32,000 nucleotides of DNA from assembly GCA_038823825.1 (NCBI GenBank), contig JAWBCC010000002.1:120001-152000 (forward strand). Direction: 5' to 3'. Source of the DNA: Candidatus Hadarchaeales archaeon. GTDB lineage: Archaea; Hadarchaeota; Hadarchaeia; Hadarchaeales; Hadarchaeaceae. Of the stretch, positions 23,305 through 31,732 are shown one piece after another. Position numbers and translations under genes: made by a program. The number at the start of each line of letters is the position of its first letter. The stretch's first letter is position 1. The notes beneath the pieces were generated by a model. That model saw nothing but the letters and a program-made list of their open reading frames with translations. It had not been told where the DNA came from and ran no database searches.

Positions 23305-25974
23305 ATGGACAGTAACAAGAGTTTGTATTTCTTCGATGAAGGAGACCCGACGAACAAGAGGCTCCTAGGTGGCAAAGGAGCCGGTCTCTGCATGATGACT
23401 CAACTTGGTCTTCCGGTTCCACCTGGCTTTGTGATAACAACGGACGTCTGTAAAAAGTACTACGAGCTTGGAGGAAAGCTCCCGGATGGGCTGATGGATG
23501 AAGTGCGAAAAGCGATGCAGAGACTTGAGAAAATGACGGGTAAAAGCTTTGGTGATAAGTCAAATCCTCTTCTCGTTTCCGTTCGCTCGGGCTCCATGCT
23601 TTCCATGCCGGGCATGATGGACACAATCCTGAATTTGGGCCTGAACGATGAGACGATGGAAGGACTAGCGAGGCTTACGGGAAATCGGAGGTTTGCTCTA
23701 GATGCGTATAGACGCTTCCTCCAGATGTTTGGGAGGATAGTGCTCAGGGTAAGTGGTGAAAAGTTTGACAAAGTTTTTGAGCAGTGGAAGGAAAGAGTCG
23801 GCGCGAAGAAAGATACAGATTTGACGGCAGAACATCTGGAGAAAATCGTCGAAGACTTCAAGAGAATAATTCGAGAGGAGAAAGGAGAAGATTTTCCAGC
23901 AGACCCATGGAAGCAATTAGAGCTTGCCATCGAGGCGGTTTTCAAATCTTGGAATAACAAGAGGGCGATAGAATACAGAAATTACTACAAGATTCCCCAC
24001 GATCTGGGAACGGCAGTTAACATAGTGACGATGGTTTTCGGGAACATTGGTGACGACAGCGGTACTGGTGTGATGTTCACGCGTAATCCTTCTACTGGTG
24101 AGAAGGAGCTTTACGGAGAGTTTCTCTTCAACGCGCAGGGCGAGGACGTTGTAGCCGGGATAAGAACGCCCATGAAAATATCCGAGCTAAAGGAGAAATG
24201 GCCAGAGATCTACGAACAGCTCGTAGATGTCGCCGAAAGGCTTGAACGCCACTATAAGGATATGCAAGACATCGAGTTCACGGTGGAGAAGGGAAAACTG
24301 TATCTTCTCCAGACTAGGACTGGAAAGAGAACAGCGCAGGCAGCAGTTAAAATCGCTGTCGATATGGTTGAGGAAGGGATAATCAGAAAGGAGGAAGCTA
24401 TTCTCAGAATAGAACCATCCCAGGTGGAGCAACTCCTTCACAAGCAGATAGACCCAGAAGCAAAAGTGAAGGTCATCGCCAAGGGGCTTAACGCGAGTCC
24501 GGGCGCGGCTGTTGGTAAAGTTGTTTTTGACTCAGAGAAAGCGAAAGAACTTGGATCTAAAGGGGAGAAAGTCATTCTTGTTAGGCCGGAGACCAGCCCG
24601 GACGACGTCGGTGGAATAATCGCCTCGCAGGGCGTTCTCACTTCACGAGGGGGCATGACTTCTCACGCTGCTGTAGTCACAAGAGGTCTTGGAAAACCGG
24701 CCGTGGTTGGTTGTGAAGAGATAAAGATAGACCTTGAATTGGGCCAGTTCGAAGCACCCGGCGGAATAATCGTAAAGGAAGGAGACATCATTACAATCAA
24801 CGGATCCACTGGAGAGGTAATCTTAGGAGAAGCTCCGTTGATAGAACCGCGACTCTCTCCAGAACTTAAAAAGCTGTTGAACTGGTGTGATGAAGTAAAG
24901 AGACTGGAAAACTGGGCGAATGCGGACTATCCGAGAGATGCCAAGCTCGCGAGAGAAATGGGTGCGCAGGGTATAGGTCTTTGTCGTACCGAGCATATGT
25001 TTTTCGAAGAGGAAAGGCTTCCGATTTTCAGAATGGTTATTTTGGAGGATAACGCCGAGAAACGTAGGGAATTGCTCGCAAAGATTAAGGAATTCCAGAA
25101 GAGTGATTTCAAAGAGATTTTGAGAATAATGGACGGACTACCAGTGGTTATAAGACTCCTCGATCCACCTCTGCACGAATTCTTGCCAAGATATGAGAAG
25201 CTTTTGGAAGAAGTTTTGGAAATGAAAATAAGAGGAGAAAAGAGCAGCGAACTCGAGGAGAAGGAACATCTTTTGCGCAGGGTAGAGGAGATGCGTGACC
25301 AGAACCCCATGCTGGGATTGAGAGGATGCAGACTCGGGATCACACATCCGGAAATAAATGAGATGCAAGTGAGAGCAATTTTCGAGGCGGCATGTGAGCT
25401 CAAGCGCGAGGGATACAACCCGAAGCCAGAAATAATGATTCCTTTGGTTGCGCATGCCAACGAGCTGAAGGTCGTGAGGGAACAACTCGAAAGTGTGGCG
25501 AAGGAGGTTATGAAAGAGTACGGGGTTGAGGTTCATTACAAGTTTGGAACGATGATCGAAGTTCCGAGAGCAGCTCTGACGGCAGATGAAATCGCCGAGT
25601 GGGCGGAATTCTTCTCATTTGGAACAAATGACCTGACTCAGATGACATTTGCCTTTTCGAGGGATGATGTAGAGCACAAATTCCTTTTCTTGTACATAGA
25701 GAAGAAGATTCTCCCCAAAGATCCATTCCAGACGTTAGACATCGAGGGTGTTGGGAAGCTGATAAAGATGGGTGTAGAATTAGGGAAGAAAAAGAGACCA
25801 GATCTGGTTGTGGGGATATGCGGCGAACATGGCGGAGATCCGGATTCCATCAGATTTTGTCATGAGGTCGGGCTAAACTATGTTTCCTGCTCACCGTACA
25901 GAATTCCTGTTGCAAGACTCGCCGCTGCTCAAGCCGCTCTTAAAGCTGGTCCAGAAAGGGAGAGGTATCTGTAG
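23305..25974 (+). CDS. ppdK: Pyruvate, phosphate dikinase
   Basis: ATP-grasp N-terminus (GGKGAGLCMMTQLGLPVPPGF), phosphohistidine loop TSRGGMTSHAAVVTRG and PEP/pyruvate domain GICGEHGGDP. Length is 889 aa. Confidence 0.95.
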   Translation: MDSNKSLYFFDEGDPTNKRLLGGKGAGLCMMTQLGLPVPPGFVITTDVCKKYYELGGKLPDGLMDEVRKAMQRLEKMTGKSFGDKSNPLLVSVRSGSMLSMPGMMDTILNLGLNDETMEGLARLTGNRRFALDAYRRFLQMFGRIVLRVSGEKFDKVFEQWKERVGAKKDTDLTAEHLEKIVEDFKRIIREEKGEDFPADPWKQLELAIEAVFKSWNNKRAIEYRNYYKIPHDLGTAVNIVTMVFGNIGDDSGTGVMFTRNPSTGEKELYGEFLFNAQGEDVVAGIRTPMKISELKEKWPEIYEQLVDVAERLERHYKDMQDIEFTVEKGKLYLLQTRTGKRTAQAAVKIAVDMVEEGIIRKEEAILRIEPSQVEQLLHKQIDPEAKVKVIAKGLNASPGAAVGKVVFDSEKAKELGSKGEKVILVRPETSPDDVGGIIASQGVLTSRGGMTSHAAVVTRGLGKPAVVGCEEIKIDLELGQFEAPGGIIVKEGDIITINGSTGEVILGEAPLIEPRLSPELKKLLNWCDEVKRLENWANADYPRDAKLAREMGAQGIGLCRTEHMFFEEERLPIFRMVILEDNAEKRRELLAKIKEFQKSDFKEILRIMDGLPVVIRLLDPPLHEFLPRYEKLLEEVLEMKIRGEKSSELEEKEHLLRRVEEMRDQNPMLGLRGCRLGITHPEINEMQVRAIFEAACELKREGYNPKPEIMIPLVAHANELKVVREQLESVAKEVMKEYGVEVHYKFGTMIEVPRAALTADEIAEWAEFFSFGTNDLTQMTFAFSRDDVEHKFLFLYIEKKILPKDPFQTLDIEGVGKLIKMGVELGKKKRPDLVVGICGEHGGDPDSIRFCHEVGLNYVSCSPYRIPVARLAAAQAALKAGPERERYL

Positions 25975-26013
25975 AGGAAAATTATTTTTCCAGAAGGCAC
26001 AGATTATTGAGTA

Positions 26014-26820
26014 GTGATAGAAAGAATCCCGCTAGCTAGGCTCCTAGGCATACCAAAAATTAGAGAAATCCTGAACAGACTTTACGAGCAGCAGCTACTC
26101 GGAGAGATAAGAGAGAACGGAAATCTTCCGAAACATATAGCGATAATTCTTGATGGGAATAGACGGTTTGCAAAGAAACTCGGATTTCCACCAACCGAAG
26201 GTCACAAGTTTGGAGCAAAGAAATTAGAAGAAGTTCTTGACTGGTGTAGAGAATTAGGCATTCGGTACGTCACCGTTTATGCGTTCTCTACAGAAAACTT
26301 CCAGAGATCTCGGGAAGAAGTGGAAAAGCTGATGGATCTGTTTGCGGAAAAATTCGAGAGAGTGGCACGCGATGAAAGAACAAGACAATACAACGTTAGA
26401 GTAAAGGTGATAGGAGAAATAGAAATGCTTCCACCGCATGTTCAAGATGCGATAAAGAAAGCTGAGGATGCCACCCGAGATAACGATGGTTATATTCTGA
26501 ATGTCGCCGTTGGTTATGGCGGTAGAAAGGAGCTCGCACGGGCCGTTAGGCGCATATGCGAATGTATTGAGAGAGGAGAGCTACGAGCTGAAGACGTTTC
26601 AGAAGATCTTATAGAGAAACACCTCTACACCGCCGGGCTTCCAGATCCAGATCTGATAATAAGGACGAGCGGGGAGGAAAGGCTGAGCGGCTTTCTGCTT
26701 TGGCAGTCGGCCTACTCCGAACTTTACTTCTGTGAAGCAGATTGGCCAGCTTTCAGCAAGCTGGATTTTTTGAGAGCCATTCGAAACTATCAAAGCAGAC
26801 AGAGGAGATTTGGGTGCTGA
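26014..26820 (+). CDS. uppS: cis-Prenyltransferase: tritrans,polycis-undecaprenyl-diphosphate synthase (UppS)
   Basis: HIAIILDGNRRFAKK, YAFSTENFQR and IRTSGEERLSGFLLWQSAYSELYF motifs. GTG start. Confidence 0.9.
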   Translation: MIERIPLARLLGIPKIREILNRLYEQQLLGEIRENGNLPKHIAIILDGNRRFAKKLGFPPTEGHKFGAKKLEEVLDWCRELGIRYVTVYAFSTENFQRSREEVEKLMDLFAEKFERVARDERTRQYNVRVKVIGEIEMLPPHVQDAIKKAEDATRDNDGYILNVAVGYGGRKELARAVRRICECIERGELRAEDVSEDLIEKHLYTAGLPDPDLIIRTSGEERLSGFLLWQSAYSELYFCEADWPAFSKLDFLRAIRNYQSRQRRFGC

Positions 26821-26865
26821 CTGGGAATGGTTTTAACTTTGTCGATTGACTATGTTTAGAAGCAT

Positions 26866-27672
26866 ATGAGAGCTGAAATTGCGGTTATCGGCGGTTCCGG
26901 TTTTTATGAGATATCAAACGTTCAGATGAGAAAGTTTGACATAAAAACCCCATATGGAATAGTTATCGGTGTTCGCATTGGGGAAATTGGAGGCAAAAAA
27001 ATCGCTTTCTTGGCCCGTCATGGTGAGTCTCACTCGATTCCTCCGCACCGAGTGAATTATAGAGCAAACATTTGGGCGCTTCACTCGATAGGGGTTGAAA
27101 GAATTCTTGCTACATCGGCATGCGGCGCGATAAACAGAAGGTTTAAACCGGGCGATTTTATTCTTGTCACGCAATTTCTCGATTTTACGAAATCCCGTCC
27201 TTCAACGTTTTTTGAGGGTGGAAAGAGCGGAGTCGCACACATCGATGTCTCAGAGCCGTTCTGTCCACAACTCCGGAAGGTCGTAAAATCAGTCGCTGAA
27301 AATTTGGGCTTCAAAATCCGCGAGGGAGGTGTCTATGCATGCATGGAGGGACCCAGATTTGAAACACCGGCGGAGATAAGAGCTCTTGAGAAGCTTGGCG
27401 CAGACATGGTTGGAATGACCCTAGTCCCGGAATGCGTGTTGGCTAGAGAGCTTGGGATATGCTATTCCTCTGTTGCGATTATAACGAATTATGCTGCGGG
27501 GATCTCGAGAAACATCCTCACACACTCGGAAGTCCTTGAAATGATGAAAAAGAAAAATGAGGAAATAAAGAAGATCTTCCTTTCAGCCATACAAAAGTTG
27601 CCTGGAGAGAGAAACTGTTCATGCCCAAAATCTGTAGAAATCTTTGGTCACTCCTCGAAAAATTCTTCATAA
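26866..27672 (+). CDS. mtnP: S-methyl-5'-thioadenosine phosphorylase (PNP family 2)
   Basis: IAVIGGSGFY, FLARHG..H.IPPH.VNYRANIWAL and GADMVGMTLVPE motifs, with a C-terminal CSC motif. Confidence 0.9.
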   Translation: MRAEIAVIGGSGFYEISNVQMRKFDIKTPYGIVIGVRIGEIGGKKIAFLARHGESHSIPPHRVNYRANIWALHSIGVERILATSACGAINRRFKPGDFILVTQFLDFTKSRPSTFFEGGKSGVAHIDVSEPFCPQLRKVVKSVAENLGFKIREGGVYACMEGPRFETPAEIRALEKLGADMVGMTLVPECVLARELGICYSSVAIITNYAAGISRNILTHSEVLEMMKKKNEEIKKIFLSAIQKLPGERNCSCPKSVEIFGHSSKNSS

Positions 27673-27899
27673 TATTCTATCGGCTCTGTCTCTACTTCGT
27701 ACCTTACAGGTTTCTTTTTCTTCTTTTCTTTTTTTGTGACAACTGTGACTTTCTCTTCTCTTTTCTTTTCAGTCTTTATCTTATACTTGGACCCTCTTTT
27801 CAGCTCGATTTTATGACCACACTTTTGGCATATGAGTTTTCTACCTTTACCTATTTTTTTCGGAAGCATCAGCCCACCACATTTCGGACAGAATTCCAT
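27648..27899 (-). CDS. Small zinc-ribbon protein: TFS/RpoM N-terminal-like ribbon plus Lys-rich linker plus acidic-aromatic tail (uncharacterised)
   Basis: Start re-set to the ATG at 27899 (GGAGG 6 nt upstream). MEFCPKCGGLMLPKK...LICQKCGH is a single CxxC-x17-CxxC ribbon. It is followed by KKEKKKKKP and the C-terminal EPIEYYEEFFEE. There is no second (catalytic) ribbon. Confidence 0.7.
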   Translation of the reverse strand: MEFCPKCGGLMLPKKIGKGRKLICQKCGHKIELKRGSKYKIKTEKKREEKVTVVTKKEKKKKKPVRYEVETEPIEYYEEFFEE

Positions 27900-27947
27900 T
27901 TTTATCCTCCGCTTTGGTCCGTTTTTTGTATATAAAGTTAATGTTAT

Positions 27948-27967
27948 GATTGATTTATAAATCAATC
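27948..27967. promoter_or_regulatory. 20-bp perfect palindrome GATTGATTTA|TAAATCAATC centred on a TATA-like TTTATAAA, upstream of the zinc-ribbon gene
   Basis: The palindrome was verified base by base. It lies in the 83-bp spacer between the helicase stop and the zinc-ribbon start. A second TATA-like box (TTTATATA on the minus strand) is at 27929-27936. Function is inferred only. Confidence 0.5.
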
Positions 27968-27982
27968 GGTTTCTTAATGTTT

Positions 27983-30079
27983 TCAACTTAAAATTCTGTC
28001 CACGGAGATTATTCGGACATGGAGTTTTCCATCCTCTTGATAAAGGTCTGCTTCCGCAGAGAATTTAGCTCCCTTGCGTATGAGCTCTCTAGGACCATTA
28101 TATTGATCGGGCGTGAGCACGGATCTCCATTTTCCGTCAACAAGCAGTATTGCTTTGCCAGGAAGAACCTTCTCAACTTCGAAGGTGTGAGTTTTCAAAT
28201 TTCCGTTTTTACTTGTGTTCGGTAATAGAACATCTCCTCTTCGTCTAATCTGACCCGTTGCCTCAAGTCTATCGATACTTTCAGCAATGGCAGATTTCGA
28301 GAAACCCTCCTCTTCTAGTTCTTTGGAGATTTCTTGCACTGGTAGACCGTCAATTCCCCGTCGAAGAACCCCCATAACGACTCTTTTTGAAATTTGCGCG
28401 ATTTCTCTTTCAAATCGCTTTATTCTTTCTTTTTCTGCTAATTCTATTTCTTCTGGTGGAAGCTCTGTAATCTCTTTGGGCTCAAGTGGCGCCGGGGTAG
28501 GCGGAGCCCCAATTCTAAGTATGGGATGAAGTTGTTTGTTTAGCTGTTTCACGAGTCTTTTCATTTTATCGAGTTTTCTTTTTGTGCTCCAGAAGTATGC
28601 CGTGTCAACAGATTTCTCTGCTGCGAGGATCACAACTCTTCCGAATTTTCTCCTCCCTGTTCTCCCTCTTCTCTGAATGAATCTTATTTCACTCGGAACC
28701 GGCTCATAGAAAACAACCAATTCCACGCTAGGGATGTCAAGTCCTTCCTCTCCTATACTCGTAGCAACGAGTACCCTCACTTTGCCTTCTTTAAAAGCCT
28801 GCAGAATTTTTCTCTGCTCGTCTTGGCTCATTCCTTCGCCTTCCTTTTTTGCCTGCCCGATGAATTTCTCCGAGTCTATTCCTAAGGATCTGAGCCTCTC
28901 AACAATCTTGTTCACGGTATCTCTGTACTGTGTGAACACGATTATTCTGGAGGATGGGTTTATCTTCAGTTGCTCTGCAACAATTTTTTCCACTGCTTCC
29001 ACTTTCGGATGTTCAATATCGAGCTTCAGAATCTTGTCAAGAAGTTTTCTTTCCCTTAGTTCAGCTATTATCAGTCTATGACTTCTTTTTCGGCTTCTCA
29101 TCAGTTTTTCCACAAACTTTCGAAACGTGTACACTCCCTGGCTTTCAAGAAGTTCGAGTGCGTGGTAAAGCGAGAGGGCAGCAGACTGAAGGAGTATTGC
29201 TTGATAAAGAGCGCCACCACCCCCAGACGAAAGCGCTTCTCTGATTTTTTGTCCCGCTTCTAGCAAGTCAGTTCTGAAGACATATTTTGAAGGTTTCTTT
29301 ATGATTCCCATTTCAACTAGAGATTTCAACTTTGCGTCGAGCATCTCCCGCAAAGCTTGTTTGATTTCTCCATAGTCGGGAGGAAGTGAAACAGAAAAGA
29401 ATTCCATCTTTATTCTGCTTGTATACGGTAGCACGTCTGGGTCCTCTTCCGTTCTTATCTCAATGTGTTCGATAAACAGGCTCTTGCAGATTTCCTCGAT
29501 CTTTTCCCTCTCTGCGCCGGGACTTGCCGTCATAGCCAGAATTATCGGGTATGGGCACTGGCTGACATATGATTTCGCGACTTTCGTGTACGCATAGTTT
29601 TTTCTTGACCTGTGACATTCGTCGAAGACAAGCAGGCAGAAGTTCTCCAGTCTGAGACCCCTCTCTAGGTCGTTTGCCACAACTTGCGGGGTAGCGAAAT
29701 AAAGCCTCCTTTTTCCATTCCAAGCAGCCATCCTATATGCTGGTGGAGTTTTTCCAGTGAGAACTTCGACGTCTTCCTGCCGGATTTTCAGAAACTTTAA
29801 AAATGTCTCCCAATGTTGAAAGACAAGTGGTCTTGTTGGAGCCATTACAAGGACCTTTTTATCTCTATAATTGTAGAGAAAATGAGCGGCAACCAGAACA
29901 GCAATTATTGTCTTACCAAGAGCCGTTGGAAGAATGACTAAAACGTTTTTCTTTATAGCTTCCTCCGCTATTTTTAATTGATATTCTCTTTCTTCTATCA
30001 GCTCGCGACGTAGAATCGGGTTTTCAAGTATGTTTGTAGTTTCAGTCATTTCAATCAAGAGTTGTTGTAACATTTTCAA
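27983..30079 (-). CDS. Hef/FANCM/Mph1-type SF2 helicase (COG1111) without ERCC4 nuclease; C-terminal wHTH plus small beta-rich domain
   Basis: Helicase motifs I LPTALGKT, Ia MAPTRPLV, II FDECH, III MTASPG, V ATSIGEEGLDIP and VI QRRGRTGR, with a helical insertion between the RecA lobes. The track start is TTG 30079; an ATG at 30073 is also possible. Confidence 0.88.
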   Translation of the reverse strand: MKMLQQLLIEMTETTNILENPILRRELIEEREYQLKIAEEAIKKNVLVILPTALGKTIIAVLVAAHFLYNYRDKKVLVMAPTRPLVFQHWETFLKFLKIRQEDVEVLTGKTPPAYRMAAWNGKRRLYFATPQVVANDLERGLRLENFCLLVFDECHRSRKNYAYTKVAKSYVSQCPYPIILAMTASPGAEREKIEEICKSLFIEHIEIRTEEDPDVLPYTSRIKMEFFSVSLPPDYGEIKQALREMLDAKLKSLVEMGIIKKPSKYVFRTDLLEAGQKIREALSSGGGGALYQAILLQSAALSLYHALELLESQGVYTFRKFVEKLMRSRKRSHRLIIAELRERKLLDKILKLDIEHPKVEAVEKIVAEQLKINPSSRIIVFTQYRDTVNKIVERLRSLGIDSEKFIGQAKKEGEGMSQDEQRKILQAFKEGKVRVLVATSIGEEGLDIPSVELVVFYEPVPSEIRFIQRRGRTGRRKFGRVVILAAEKSVDTAYFWSTKRKLDKMKRLVKQLNKQLHPILRIGAPPTPAPLEPKEITELPPEEIELAEKERIKRFEREIAQISKRVVMGVLRRGIDGLPVQEISKELEEEGFSKSAIAESIDRLEATGQIRRRGDVLLPNTSKNGNLKTHTFEVEKVLPGKAILLVDGKWRSVLTPDQYNGPRELIRKGAKFSAEADLYQEDGKLHVRIISVDRILS

Positions 30080-30135
30080 AAAACTTGTGGAGGTATTCTT
30101 TTATTGCCAGAAGTTTTCGATTTGTGGGAGAATAA

Positions 30136-31305
30136 ATGAAAATAATGGTTTCGATCCCGATCCTATTGCTATTCCTACAGGCAGTTGTAGCCACCCCAGA
30201 AATTGCTTGGAGATTTAGCAGCGATTCATGTCTCTCTCCTCCTTGTGTTTACGAAATGCTTGTCTTCACAGGTTCAGATGAGGGCCGCTTATTCGCGCTT
30301 TACGCCCATAGCGGAAAAATCAGGTGGTCAAAGCAGATGGATGGAAAAATTTTGGCGTCTGCAGCATGTGAGGGAAGAGTATTTGTGAGCACATCCGAAG
30401 GAATCGTTTGTCTTAGCGCAGATCACGGCGATCTTCTGTGGAGATTTGAAATGAAAGATCCCAGGAGACGAGCCCTAGTTGTTGGGGGTAATTCGATTTT
30501 TATTATTTCTCACGAAGGCTACGTTGTTTCCTTAGGTTTTGATGGAATTCTCCGATGGGAAGAAAATCTCAATGAAATAGTCGTCACCCAGCCGATTTTG
30601 CTTGGTGATTCTTTGGTTATAGCCACATTTGGAGGAAATCTCGTTTTCCTAGATATTTCAAATGGAGCTTGGCGTAAAACGATTTCCATTGGTAGGTTCT
30701 GTCCGGTGATTTTCGACTTCACAATCGAAGAAAACGTGGCGTATCTATGTTCCGATAATTCTCTTTTTGCAGTTTCCACAAATTCAGGTGAAGTTCTCTG
30801 GATGAGGGATCTGGGTTGCGTCACAAAGCCGCTGGTTTTTAAGGAAGGCATTTGCGTAGGCACTTCAAAAGGTCTCGTTTTTCTGAATAAAGAAACCGGT
30901 GAGACCATTTGGTCAACGGAAACAAAGGGGAAACCGTTTTTCGTGATATCTGAAACAGAAACGCTCTTGGTCGGGACCAGGACAGGCTTCAAAAATTATG
31001 ATGCGAACGGAAACTTAATCTGGGAGATGAATGTTGGAGCAGCGGTCTATCCACCTGTTCTTCTATATGGGAAAATTTTTGCATTAGTTTCCCAAAAAGA
31101 AATTCTTTGCATAGGCAGCTGGGGAGAGGTTGGAGAAACAGGAAAGGGGATGGGATACGTTTATCTAGCAATTGCTGTTGCATGTAGCTTCTTGTTCGTG
31201 CTCTTAGATGTTTTGCTTCCGGAAAAGAGGATTATTAGAAAAAAGAGAGTTGTGAAAAAGGCGAAATGTGGCAAAAGAAAATCTGGTGGGGTCGCCGGGA
31301 TTTGA
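30136..31305 (+). CDS. PQQ-like/BamB-like beta-propeller repeat protein, secreted with C-terminal membrane anchor
   Basis: N-terminal signal peptide (MKIMVSIPILLLFLQAVVA). Repeated G-x-l-x-A-l-D/S-x-x-G-x-x-l-W blocks (SGKIRWS, HGDLLWRF, SGEVLWMR, TGETIWST, NGNLIWEM). C-terminal TM helix plus a KR-rich tail. Confidence 0.8.
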   Translation: MKIMVSIPILLLFLQAVVATPEIAWRFSSDSCLSPPCVYEMLVFTGSDEGRLFALYAHSGKIRWSKQMDGKILASAACEGRVFVSTSEGIVCLSADHGDLLWRFEMKDPRRRALVVGGNSIFIISHEGYVVSLGFDGILRWEENLNEIVVTQPILLGDSLVIATFGGNLVFLDISNGAWRKTISIGRFCPVIFDFTIEENVAYLCSDNSLFAVSTNSGEVLWMRDLGCVTKPLVFKEGICVGTSKGLVFLNKETGETIWSTETKGKPFFVISETETLLVGTRTGFKNYDANGNLIWEMNVGAAVYPPVLLYGKIFALVSQKEILCIGSWGEVGETGKGMGYVYLAIAVACSFLFVLLDVLLPEKRIIRKKRVVKKAKCGKRKSGGVAGI

Positions 31306-31361
31306 ACCCAGGTCACCGGCTCCCAAAGCCGGCAGGATAGACCAGGCTACCCCACGACCCC
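31284..31361 (-). tRNA. tRNA-Pro (anticodon UGG), CCA encoded
   Basis: Minus-strand cloverleaf: acceptor GGGGTCG/CGACCCC, anticodon stem CCGGC/GCCGG with loop TTTGGGA, T arm CTGGG-TTCAAAT-CCCGG, discriminator A, then CCA. Confidence 0.95.
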
Positions 31362-31405
31362 TCAAATGAAAAATGAACGGTTGTAAGTAAAAAACAGTTC
31401 TCATC

Positions 31406-31705
31406 TCACAAAGCGGTTAAATCTTCAGTAGCCTTTATGGTTTCCAATATTTTTTTGCCATATTCAGTTAGTGAGTATTCTCCTTCTCTTTCTTCTACAA
31501 TTTTCTTTTCCTCGAGCATTTTCACATACAGTTTAACAGGCCACCAATCTCCGTTTTTCGAATAGCTCATCTTTATCTGTCGCAGGCTACAGGGCCCGCT
31601 CTTTGCTATGATTGCAAAAATAGTAAGCAAGCTGCCTTCATCCGATTTAAGCCACTGAATGTCTTCGGTTATGCCCATCGCTACTCGGAGAAGGTTTTTA
31701 TACAA
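31406..31705 (-). CDS. Small winged-helix (wHTH) DNA-binding protein, family unassigned
   Basis: The pattern LLTIFAIIAKSGPCSLRQIKMSY...VKLYVKMLEEKKIVEEREGEYSLTEYGKKIL fits helix-turn-helix plus a wing. TTG start at 31705; alternative ATG at 31678. Confidence 0.6.
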   Translation of the reverse strand: MYKNLLRVAMGITEDIQWLKSDEGSLLTIFAIIAKSGPCSLRQIKMSYSKNGDWWPVKLYVKMLEEKKIVEEREGEYSLTEYGKKILETIKATEDLTAL

Positions 31706-31732
31706 CCCTTTTATAGATTGTCGAAAATTAAA

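Noticed and set aside
23237-23626. 130-codon N-terminal extension of the agmatinase ORF. Analogous extensions occur on L10e (21599-21775), NAC (10169-10258) and the zinc-ribbon gene (27900-27986).
   Set aside because: The extensions run antisense through neighbouring genes or promoters and are Cys/Ser/Pro-rich nonsense. Internal ATGs with GGAGG-type ribosome-binding sites give N-termini that match the known families.
28030-28260. GD...FEVEKV in the helicase C-terminus, which superficially resembles the ERCC4 nuclease GDxn-ERKxxxD signature.
   Set aside because: The region after the wHTH is only ~75 aa. It lacks the upstream catalytic Asp/Glu block and the HhH2 domain, and has E-K instead of E-R-K...D. 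It is too short and divergent to call a nuclease without a profile search.
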